DNA from: Bdellovibrionota bacterium
GTDB taxonomy: Bacteria > Bdellovibrionota_C > UBA2361 > JBGSMV01
Direction of reading: 5' to 3'
NCBI GenBank assembly: GCA_041739995.1
Contig: JBGSMV010000055.1
Span: 1 to 14,602 of the forward strand
DNA length: 14,602 nucleotides
This document shows positions 7,778-14,602 of this stretch, piece by piece. Under the pieces are notes generated by a model. It was not told the origin of the DNA. It was given only the letters and a program-made list of their open reading frames with translations, and did not search any database. A program made the translations under genes and the position numbers. Position 1 is the first letter of the stretch, and the number at the start of each line of letters is the position of its first letter.

Positions 7778-9568
7778 TTACTCAACTGTTTTCTCCCAGG
7801 CCGACATCCGCCGCCACATCAAACCACCGAGGTAAAGCAGGGCGCCAATCACCAGCAGCGCTACCACGCGTATCAAGGAAGATGATTCGCTAATGTCAGA
7901 AAAGAGAACTTTGAGGGCTACGATCGAAAAGACCCCTAGACCCAGTCGCGCGACATTTGAATCTCGCGACTGATGTCCGAAGAACAAAAGACTCAGCGCA
8001 AAAGCCGCCCAGAGTCCCGAAGTAAGAAAATGGGCTTCGCTACCACCGATCAGATTACCGAGGCGATCTAACCCGCGCAGTCCCTGAACCACCGCAAGCC
8101 CCAGAATAAGTCCATTGCGTTGCCCACTTGCAAAGAAGTACCCGGCGCCCAGCAAACCGAAAGCTATCAGGTTCAGTACCATGTAGGAGACGGCCATCGC
8201 ATGCGTATCTGCAAAGAGAATCCGAAAGAACTCTGCCATTGGCACAATGCCCGCCACGATATAGGCGGTCCAATACCTGGCGTAGGGGAACCTTGTCTTG
8301 GCCAGCAGAATCAAGACGCCCCCAAGAGCAAGTCCAAACCAGGGGCAAAGGTACTCAGGAAGTAGCTCTAGATAGAGAGCATGCACTACGACCATGGCGA
8401 AAAATGTCGCAATCATCGGAGAAGTCTCAAGCGAGTCGCGCTTCAGAAGCTGTCTTGCGCCCTCTGTAATTCCCAAAAGCGCCGTACCAAGAACAAGCGC
8501 GACCCACGGCGCCGCCTCAGCATTTAGAGAATGCAGAAGGGAGTACTCCACCACGTAGCAAAAAAGGAGCAATGGAAAGAGCGCCCATGCCTCTGCGGCC
8601 GTCAATATCTTCCTGGTGACAAAGGAAAATCCGACAATGCCAATCAGAAAGGTGAGAAACTGTGCACTCTGAAAGAATAGCGCGAACTGAAGAATCTGGT
8701 CGGGAGCATGGCGAAAAGTTCTAGCAAACAGCAGGTACCAGCTCGCCATCGCAAGATAGGCAGCAAGATGAAGAAGATGCCGCTTTTCAAGTTTAAGGGC
8801 GCAAACAATGAAGAGAAGATCCCAGAAGATAAAATATCCGCCCGCGGAGTGCATTGGCGGAACGCTGCGGTAAAGCAAAAGAGGAATAAGATATGTGCCG
8901 CATACGGCGGTAACGAGAAAGAAGTCGTGCACGAAAAATGTGAACAACCAAATGCTCGACAGAACAATCACTCCCGTAAGCAACGTTCCCACGCCCGGGC
9001 TGTAGAACCCGTAAATAGTCTGTCCGGCGAGAACGGCGATAAAAAGAACTACGATGCCCGCAGCAGGCAAGAAGGCTGCGTACGCGTGGTCCTTACTCCG
9101 CAGGTTCACCCCTGCGACAATCAATCCCAACCCAAACAGAGCAGTGCCTACAATCTGCCGCACCGGCGAGAGCCAGCCGGATTCAATGGCCAGCTTAACA
9201 AAGAAACTTGCCGCGAGCACAAAGAAGAACATGCCTGCGTATGCCAGCAGGCTCCCGCCACCAACGGCAGATTCAACAGCAGCGTCATGAACGGGAACTT
9301 TCTCAGAGTGGGGGGCCTGATTTGATGGGCTTACCGAGCTTGACCGTGGTCGGACCACCCGAATAGTGATGTTCTCGAGCGAGATATTCTTCTCGGTCGT
9401 CGCAGGCGAGGGCGATTGTAATGGATCGGCGAGAGATTTGTCCTCAACGCCGCGCTCATTCTTCGAACTTTTTCTCTCATCCGAAGAAAGGCTCCATTCT
9501 AAAGATTGGACGCGCAAAGATAGTTCTCGAAGCGCCTCTTCCAGCTTCTGCACCCGTTGTTCGACCAT
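7778..9568 (-). CDS. DUF2339-type predicted membrane protein
   Basis: N-terminal coiled coil (EQRVQKLEEALRELSLRVQSLE) and a low-complexity linker, then LAYAG...FFVKLAIESGWLSPVRQI, many TM helices, and C-terminal VALKVLFSDIS....IRVVALLVIGALL. ATG 9568 preferred over TTG 9592. Confidence 0.85.
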   Translation of the reverse strand: MVEQRVQKLEEALRELSLRVQSLEWSLSSDERKSSKNERGVEDKSLADPLQSPSPATTEKNISLENITIRVVRPRSSSVSPSNQAPHSEKVPVHDAAVESAVGGGSLLAYAGMFFFVLAASFFVKLAIESGWLSPVRQIVGTALFGLGLIVAGVNLRSKDHAYAAFLPAAGIVVLFIAVLAGQTIYGFYSPGVGTLLTGVIVLSSIWLFTFFVHDFFLVTAVCGTYLIPLLLYRSVPPMHSAGGYFIFWDLLFIVCALKLEKRHLLHLAAYLAMASWYLLFARTFRHAPDQILQFALFFQSAQFLTFLIGIVGFSFVTRKILTAAEAWALFPLLLFCYVVEYSLLHSLNAEAAPWVALVLGTALLGITEGARQLLKRDSLETSPMIATFFAMVVVHALYLELLPEYLCPWFGLALGGVLILLAKTRFPYARYWTAYIVAGIVPMAEFFRILFADTHAMAVSYMVLNLIAFGLLGAGYFFASGQRNGLILGLAVVQGLRGLDRLGNLIGGSEAHFLTSGLWAAFALSLLFFGHQSRDSNVARLGLGVFSIVALKVLFSDISESSSLIRVVALLVIGALLYLGGLMWRRMSAWEKTVE

Positions 9569-9789
9569 AGATCTGTCTCTGTAGCACCCCAAACCACTGA
9601 CTGCCTAGCACAAAAGAGAATCAGCCCTTACGCCCCGTAAAAATAACCGGTCAGACGCTTCCTGGACGTCCACCGCGGGCGCGAACAGGCGCCCAGAAAA
9701 CACCAGAGAACCAGCACTCCGGCGCGGCTTCTCGCAGTAACCACCCCGTCGCTGCACTCGGAGCAAAAGGGTTCACTCAAAAATTACAA

Positions 9790-9833
9790 TCGACACAACT
9801 ATACCATTTAAATTATAATACTAAATATAGTAT
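9790..9833 (+). promoter_or_regulatory. Sigma70-like promoter and palindromic operator of the TA operon
   Basis: TCGACA (9790-9795), 18-bp spacer, TATAAT (9814-9819). Inverted repeat ATACTA-aata-TAGTAT (9818-9833) lies just before the toxin ATG, with a weaker copy ATACCA-ttta-AATTAT (9801-9816). Strongly AT-rich island. Confidence 0.7.
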
Positions 9834-9835
9834 AT

Positions 9836-10117
9836 ATGTGGACCGTTGCTGAAAATGCGCGAGTAATAAAGGCTCTTCGAGGTAGCTCAATGGAGCTTAT
9901 TGAGCGCTACGAAAAATGGCGCGACATCGCGACGATGAGCGGGCCAGTAGGGCTAAAGTTAATTCGAGGATTTCGCGATCAAGGGCTCAGGTGGAAAGGC
10001 AAATCTTGTCGCGCTTCTGTGCTGAACAAGGCATATAGGATCATCTATAGAATCGCGCACGACGGACTGCGAGTGCAGGCACTAGAAACGACTGGGGCCA
10101 CCAGGCCTCGAAGGTAA
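9836..10117 (+). CDS. Type II TA toxin, RelE/HigB-like mRNA interferase (divergent)
   Basis: 93 aa, basic. MW...RYEKWRDI...SGP.GLKLIRGF.D..L...R.S.LN.AYRIIYRI matches the toxin-first RelE-like family. Lies 5 bp upstream of an XRE HTH gene. Confidence 0.82.
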   Translation: MWTVAENARVIKALRGSSMELIERYEKWRDIATMSGPVGLKLIRGFRDQGLRWKGKSCRASVLNKAYRIIYRIAHDGLRVQALETTGATRPRR

Positions 10118-10122
10118 GAAGC

Positions 10123-10413
10123 ATGGCAGTCAGGACAAAGGAGAGTTTACGGGGCGACCTCGCAGCATCCAAGCGACTCACTAGCCTCTCCGTGGGGCAG
10201 TCAGTTCGAGTCATGCGAGAACTTCAAGAACTCACACAAATACAACTTTCAAACCTCACTGCGTTGCCGCAAGGCACTATTTCGGCGATCGAGAATGATA
10301 AGGTCGCCTTGGGCGTCGAGCGTGCCAAGGTGCTTGCACGTGCACTGAAATGTCACCCGGCAGTGCTGGTATTTCCCGGATGGCAGGTCAAGAACTCTCG
10401 AAAGCCCGGCTAA
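10123..10413 (+). CDS. Type II TA antitoxin, XRE/HTH_3 family (HigA-like)
   Basis: SVGQSVRVMRELQELTQIQLSNLTALPQGTISAIEND...LGVERAKVLARALKCHPAVLVFPGW is a classical Cro/C1 HTH. Confidence 0.88.
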   Translation: MAVRTKESLRGDLAASKRLTSLSVGQSVRVMRELQELTQIQLSNLTALPQGTISAIENDKVALGVERAKVLARALKCHPAVLVFPGWQVKNSRKPG

Positions 10414-10468
10414 AAATTCGCCGGTGCATCCAACATCCGAAAAGGTACAAGGCTCACGCAGAGAAATT

Positions 10469-10505
10469 GTTGCTCGCCCACCATGCCAGAGATACTGAGA
10501 GCAAC
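10469..10505. terminator. Inverted repeat between convergent units
   Basis: GTTGCTC (10469-10475) ... GAGCAAC (10499-10505): 7-bp stem with a long interior. Confidence 0.25.
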
Positions 10506-10506
10506 C

Positions 10507-10689
10507 TCACGGCGCCATTTGAAACACCGGCACAATGAACCACGCCGAGTAATCAACACCCTCTACTGGTGCCTCAATCCCCAGCTGCCAAACCACCGAT
10601 CCTCGAGAAGTTCGATATCCTGTTTCTGGAGGAGAGGACGGCAGCTTGAACGAGAACGGACTGCCGGCACGTGCGCTACCGGCCTCCAC
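10507..10689 (-). pseudogene. Probable C-terminal remnant of a larger protein (beta-sandwich tail as seen in DUF3592-associated proteins)
   Basis: PFSFKLPSSPPET...VVWQLGIEAPVEGVDYSAWFIVPVF resembles a recalled C-terminal motif F..P...P.T....W.L...A.V.GVDY...F.VPVF. The frame is closed upstream by TAG at 10743-10741. Confidence 0.5.
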
Positions 10690-10736
10690 TGCTGCGCGTA
10701 GCGAGAAATATCGAGGGGGACCTAGGGCCGAGTTCG

Positions 10737-10764
10737 TTGACTAACAAATAGCGAACGATATGCT
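10737..10764 (+). promoter_or_regulatory. Sigma70-like promoter placing the transcription start at the ATG (leaderless)
   Basis: TTGACT (10737-10742), 16 bp, TATGCT (10759-10764), 6 bp, ATG (10771). No SD sequence. Confidence 0.65.
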
Positions 10765-10770
10765 GTCCCG

Positions 10771-12201
10771 ATGAATTTTACGCCTCATGCTGACGGCGGG
10801 GGCGGTGCTACTCCAGAACCACGCCGACCCGCACCACTTAAGTCACGACCGTTGGGCGAAGCGCTCGACCTTGTCGTACGCGAGGCGATTCGTGCCCATA
10901 TAGTCGCCGATCATAAGAATACTCCAGAGCTCCTTACTTCTCAGGTCGTTCTTGACTGGTTGTGGCCTTCAACGGCAAAGGATGGTGTGTGCAATTACGC
11001 CAAGGCACCGTCATCTGTGGTTGTGTCGGCGGTTACTCCGCCCCAGGGAGTTGGTCCGGGTAAGCACCGTGGCTTAGTAGCGACGGTGCTTAGCTCCCTC
11101 TCAGAGTTCTGGGTGGGGCCTAGTCCTACAACCCGGTCAAAGCAATCAAAAAAGCCAGAATCACCATTTGATTTCAGTGTGGTTGATCTCAACAAACTAG
11201 TCATCGAGCTAGACAAAGTGAGCAAGAAGATCGACCCTGATCCGTCTCGCTTTCTTCTTGCCACAGTCCAGGAACTTCCATTCCAAACCATCGGAAACCA
11301 GCTTTCGAGCGAGAGCGAATTACCGACTCTCAGCTGTGTGGCAACCTATCTTGCATTTTGCCGCACCATTCGAGGCCTTGCCTGTTCCGCTGGTTCTGGG
11401 ATGTGGGTCGGGCGTACCTCTGCGGGATCGGTGCTTCAGCTGACCGCATCGCCAAAGCCGTTTTTGGAATTCTGCGATCGGTTCTACACGGCCCTTGAAA
11501 AGGCTGTCCCTGAGATTCGCAATGTTTGTGTGATGGACGCTGAGGACTTGGGTCGCCTGGTGGGGACCGAGTACATTGGAAAAAGGCCTAAGGCTTTAAA
11601 GCTGCTTTGTCTGCCGATACGCTATGGAGAGATCAGCTATGGCAGCATAGTCATGCCCCTTATTCCGACCGCGCTATTCGAAGAATTTCCGCCGGAGCTT
11701 CAGAAAGATCTTGAGTGGTTAGGGCTGAAAGCAGGAGAAGCCGCACATTTGCTTATGGCACGTAACGCTGCAACCACAAGCTTATCCATACAAGACCTCT
11801 CAATTACGCCACCGGATGTTCGAGTGATTCGTCCTCAGGAGAAATTTGAGGCGGGTGGCGCAGTCTGTCGCCGTGTTATCTTGCGAGTTAATGACGAAGT
11901 AGCGGTGGTATTTATATCTGACGATCAGGCGGAGGGGAGATCGATCACAAATCAAGTTTTAGCGTTAGCCCAGAAGTCATTGCCAGATATCACAGAAGTC
12001 CCCCTCCAAAAGATTAGATGGTACGAGCGTCGCACAGGCGGTCGCACAGGCTCGGGAGTTCCGCAAAGTCGTTGCTTTGACGAAGTGCGAATCGATTTCG
12101 CTGAGCATACAGTCCGCGGCTGGCGACCGGCACGCGGCTCCCTCGCAACGCAGGTCAGCGAGATGCTGGGTTTCTCCTTGACGGAGCAATTCGAGCAATA
12201 A
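10771..12201 (+). CDS. Hypothetical protein, 476 aa, with central GAF-like domain and uncharacterised C-terminal domain
   Basis: Long ORF with its own promoter. LLCLPIRYGEISYGSIVM...EEFPPELQKDLEWLGLKAGEA fits the GAF C-terminal strands and helix. The C-terminus has GRSITN...IRWYER...FDEV...WRP. Confidence 0.7.
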   Translation: MNFTPHADGGGGATPEPRRPAPLKSRPLGEALDLVVREAIRAHIVADHKNTPELLTSQVVLDWLWPSTAKDGVCNYAKAPSSVVVSAVTPPQGVGPGKHRGLVATVLSSLSEFWVGPSPTTRSKQSKKPESPFDFSVVDLNKLVIELDKVSKKIDPDPSRFLLATVQELPFQTIGNQLSSESELPTLSCVATYLAFCRTIRGLACSAGSGMWVGRTSAGSVLQLTASPKPFLEFCDRFYTALEKAVPEIRNVCVMDAEDLGRLVGTEYIGKRPKALKLLCLPIRYGEISYGSIVMPLIPTALFEEFPPELQKDLEWLGLKAGEAAHLLMARNAATTSLSIQDLSITPPDVRVIRPQEKFEAGGAVCRRVILRVNDEVAVVFISDDQAEGRSITNQVLALAQKSLPDITEVPLQKIRWYERRTGGRTGSGVPQSRCFDEVRIDFAEHTVRGWRPARGSLATQVSEMLGFSLTEQFEQ

Positions 12202-12374
12202 GCGGCGCTTCGCACTCTACGGGACTGTGCGGATTTGGCCTCGAACCGACGCCTTCCCACATTCTGGAGCGGGGCTACTTTTCTTCCGAGAGTTCGCATG
12301 CGTATTGAGATTCTAAATACACAGCGCACTCAATGGGTTATCGGACGTACGGTCTCCAAGTGAGGGGGGGCCGC

Positions 12375-12402
12375 TAGACAAGAATTCCCATTAGGATAAC
12401 TT
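12375..12402 (+). promoter_or_regulatory. Putative promoter of the M20 gene
   Basis: TAGACA (12375-12380), 16 bp, TAACTT (12397-12402). This implies a leader of about 160 nt. Confidence 0.35.
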
Positions 12403-12571
12403 TGGCGCCTCTGGACGTCCCGTACATCCTCTGTTCATTTCAAATCTCCCTTACTGAGTAGAGAAATTGCCCTTTGGTTTCAACCGAGGTGCAAACACTG
12501 ATGTAGGTTTTTCATCAGGTTGGCGTCACTTCGATCCCGTGTCAGTGCGAACAAGAGAAGGAGTTTTTACG

Positions 12572-14002
12572 ATGTCAGAATCACTTCAAACTGCATTGAA
12601 TAGTGTGCGTGCTGGAAAGGACGCAGCGCTTGGGCGACTGCTCAGGTTCATCTCGATCGGCAGTGTCAGTAACGCTCCGGGCTTCGATCAGCAGCTGCTC
12701 GAGGCCGCCGACTTTGCGAGAGAACAGTTGCTGGACGCCGGACTTGAGAATGTCGAACTTCTCAACGTCGGCGAACACCACACGCCGCTCGTGCTCGCGA
12801 GCGACGACAGCGCGGGGCTCGACGCTCCGCTGGTGGTCATTTATGGACACTTCGATGTCCAGGAAGGAGGCGACAACTGGTCTGCCTGTCCGGCCTTCAT
12901 GCCGGTGGTGCAAGACGGTCGCATCAATGGTCGCGGTGCCGGGGACAACAAAGGCCCGGTAGTGGCGATCATGGAAGCACTGCGTGCGTGGAAGAAGGGC
13001 ACTGGGCGTCTTCCGGTCCGAGTTCGCGTCGTCCTCGAGGGACAAGAAGAGTCAGGCAGCGGCGCCGTCATCGAGTTCGTCGCCAGCGAGCGAGCTGCAG
13101 CGTTCTTCGAAGGCGCTTCTGCGGTGCTTGTGTGCGACACGCTCGCGTCTCCTGACGGCAGGCCGTCGATCACATTCGGGCTGCGAGGCCTGAGCTACTT
13201 CCACCTGGACGTCTACGGTCCAGCTGTCCAAATGCACTCGGGTCACGCAGGTGGCGCGGTGCAGGATCCAGGAGGAGCGCTCGCGCATCTCCTGGCCTCG
13301 ATTTGGGATCCTGAGAGTGCGGAATTCTGGGTTCCCGGGCTCATGGACAAAGTCACTGCGCTCAGCGACCGAGAGCGAGGACTCCTGTCCCGCTCACCGA
13401 TTTCCGCTGAATCTCTTCAGCACGAGAGCGGCGGAGTGCCAGGTCTCATTACGGTCGAGGGGTCTACGCCAGCGGAACAAACCGGGGCATTGCCCGCGTT
13501 CACGGTGCACACGTTGCTGACCGGCAAGCCCAACCCAGGAGCTGCACCGACCAACATCCCGATTTCCGCCCATGCGGATTTCTCGATCCGACTGGTCCCC
13601 AATCAGGATCCGGACGAGATCGGCGAGCTGGTTCGAGCTCACCTCGAAGCATTCGTGCGAGACTATCTTCACGACACGGTTCGCATCGAACTCACGCTCC
13701 TTAAGGGATCGTCGCCTGTTCGCTTCAGTCCGGAGAGTCCGCAGATTGATGCAGCCGCAAAGGCGATGGCTGCCAGTTGGGGCGTGGAACCCGCATTCCT
13801 TTTGGCAGGCGGCTCCATCCCGATCGTCGGTCACTTCGAGAAGCGCATTCCAGCCCCAATCATTCTTTGGGGTGGCACGAATGCGGACTCGAACTTCCAC
13901 GGGCCCAACGAGAATCTGACGGTGGAAAACTTCCACTGTTCAGCAGAAGGCCTGGTCTACCTCCTCCACAACCTCTCGGTGGATCAGGGCGCTACGGTTT
14001 AG
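12572..14002 (+). CDS. M20 family metallopeptidase, dipeptidase (CNDP/Dug-like) subgroup
   Basis: YGHFDVQ, GRGAGDNKG, EGQEESGS, VCDT, GLRG, MHSG, SIRLVPNQDP, GGSIP, NFHGPNE. AAGGAG SD at 12558-12563 supports ATG 12572 rather than TTG 12467. Confidence 0.93.
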   Translation: MSESLQTALNSVRAGKDAALGRLLRFISIGSVSNAPGFDQQLLEAADFAREQLLDAGLENVELLNVGEHHTPLVLASDDSAGLDAPLVVIYGHFDVQEGGDNWSACPAFMPVVQDGRINGRGAGDNKGPVVAIMEALRAWKKGTGRLPVRVRVVLEGQEESGSGAVIEFVASERAAAFFEGASAVLVCDTLASPDGRPSITFGLRGLSYFHLDVYGPAVQMHSGHAGGAVQDPGGALAHLLASIWDPESAEFWVPGLMDKVTALSDRERGLLSRSPISAESLQHESGGVPGLITVEGSTPAEQTGALPAFTVHTLLTGKPNPGAAPTNIPISAHADFSIRLVPNQDPDEIGELVRAHLEAFVRDYLHDTVRIELTLLKGSSPVRFSPESPQIDAAAKAMAASWGVEPAFLLAGGSIPIVGHFEKRIPAPIILWGGTNADSNFHGPNENLTVENFHCSAEGLVYLLHNLSVDQGATV

Positions 14003-14055
14003 AGCTCTTCTACGGTTCCGAGTGCCGCTTTAAGTCATAGTCTTTCTATGGCGCA

Positions 14056-14098
14056 ACGAGCGGTACTCATTGGGGTTCCCCCAGTGTTTGCCGCTCGT
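14056..14098 (+). terminator. Long hairpin downstream of the M20 gene
   Basis: ACGAGCGGTA-ct-CATTGGGG-ttc-CCCCAGTG-tt-TGCCGCTCGT: 18 bp including two G-U pairs on the plus strand. No U tract. Confidence 0.55.
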
Positions 14099-14329
14099 CT
14101 GAAATTGAAGTCGCTAACTTAAGCAGCTTACCCCGTTACCAAGCACCCCTGAGTCGTCAATCTTGCCAACTACCTTCAAACTCACCGCGATGAAATACGC
14201 GGAACAACAGCCTCAATGAAAACTGAGCGATGGCGCATCTATGTGCGAGATCCACAGATGCAATCGAAGTCCGGATATGCAAGGCTTCACGAGAGATCTA
14301 TCGAACCGACTCGGACAAGGAAACACGAA

Positions 14330-14578
14330 ATGAACAATGATGCCGACGCGATGAAAGCCGAACTTGAGAAGCTTCGTGCAGAAAACGAAGCGCTAAAGAA
14401 GACCAAAGAGAAAGGCCTCACGATGAAAATCGGAGAGAAGGGTGGCCTGTCAGTCTATGGTCTCGGCCGTTTCCCGGTGACGCTCTATAAGGAACAGTGG
14501 TCTCGACTGCTTGCCATGGCCGATGAAATCAAAGCCTTCATGGTAGAGAACGATAGTCGACTGAAGTCGAGAGACTAA
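14330..14578 (+). CDS. Small conserved hypothetical protein (82 aa), coiled coil + KxxEKGxxSVYGLGRFPVTLYxEQW domain
   Basis: AAGGA SD upstream of ATG 14330. ELEKLRAENEALK coil, then KIGEKGGLSVYGLGRFPVTLYKEQW, which I recognise as a recurrent uncharacterised bacterial family. Confidence 0.85.
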   Translation: MNNDADAMKAELEKLRAENEALKKTKEKGLTMKIGEKGGLSVYGLGRFPVTLYKEQWSRLLAMADEIKAFMVENDSRLKSRD

Positions 14579-14602
14579 GCTCCCCCGTTGATCCGCCTTA
14601 CT

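Noticed and set aside
8708..9325. 205-aa plus-strand ORF
   Set aside because: Antisense shadow of the hydrophobic DUF2339 gene. Its Lys/Asn/Gln richness mirrors Phe/Leu/Val codons.
10350..10701. Plus-strand ORFs 10350-10538 and 10483-10701 as a third TA component
   Set aside because: They overlap the antitoxin and the minus-strand remnant, have no SD, and lack protein-like composition.
12460..12530. c-di-GMP-I riboswitch or tRNA (GCAAAC word, several stems)
   Set aside because: It lacks the GNRA tetraloop/receptor arrangement of c-di-GMP-I, and lacks the tRNA acceptor stem and correct arm spacing.
12467..12571. 35-aa N-terminal extension of the M20 protein
   Set aside because: There is a strong SD before ATG 12572, and the extension coincides with the structured leader.
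9662..13214. Recurrent CTGGACGTC(C) at about 9662, 12411 and 13205
   Set aside because: Short palindrome-containing word with one copy inside a CDS and no consistent context. Compatible with chance.
12581..14040. Multiple overlapping alternative-frame ORFs within the M20 gene (and similarly within the GT-C genes)
   Set aside because: Expected stop-poor shadow frames in GC-rich coding DNA, with no independent motifs or start signals.
14216..14329. 38-aa N-terminal extension of the last ORF
   Set aside because: The SD precedes ATG 14330 and the recognisable protein begins there.

Overview
Bacterial genomic window of moderate GC, with no rRNA, tRNA, CRISPR array, integrase or transposase recognisable. 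The left part (564-6895) is a cell-surface glycosylation cluster: a DPM1-like GT2 polyprenol-phosphate glycosyltransferase, two large multi-TM GT-C-type proteins (YfhO-like and ArnT/PMT-like) and a membrane-anchored SGNH hydrolase. The middle part (about 6900-10770) looks like a decaying accessory patch: an M28 peptidase pseudogene, a DUF2339-type membrane protein, a toxin-first RelE/HigB-like + XRE-HTH toxin-antitoxin pair with a clear promoter/operator, and a C-terminal gene remnant. The right part holds an apparently leaderless 476-aa orphan (GAF-like domain plus an uncharacterised 'SITN' domain), a GC-rich M20 dipeptidase flanked on both sides by structured RNA-like sequence, and a small conserved hypothetical protein. 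Family assignments come from motif recognition by eye and are not database-verified. No complete new system is proven. The best leads are the GAF-SITN fusion protein, the structured RNAs around the M20 gene, and a possible eroded cassette array.
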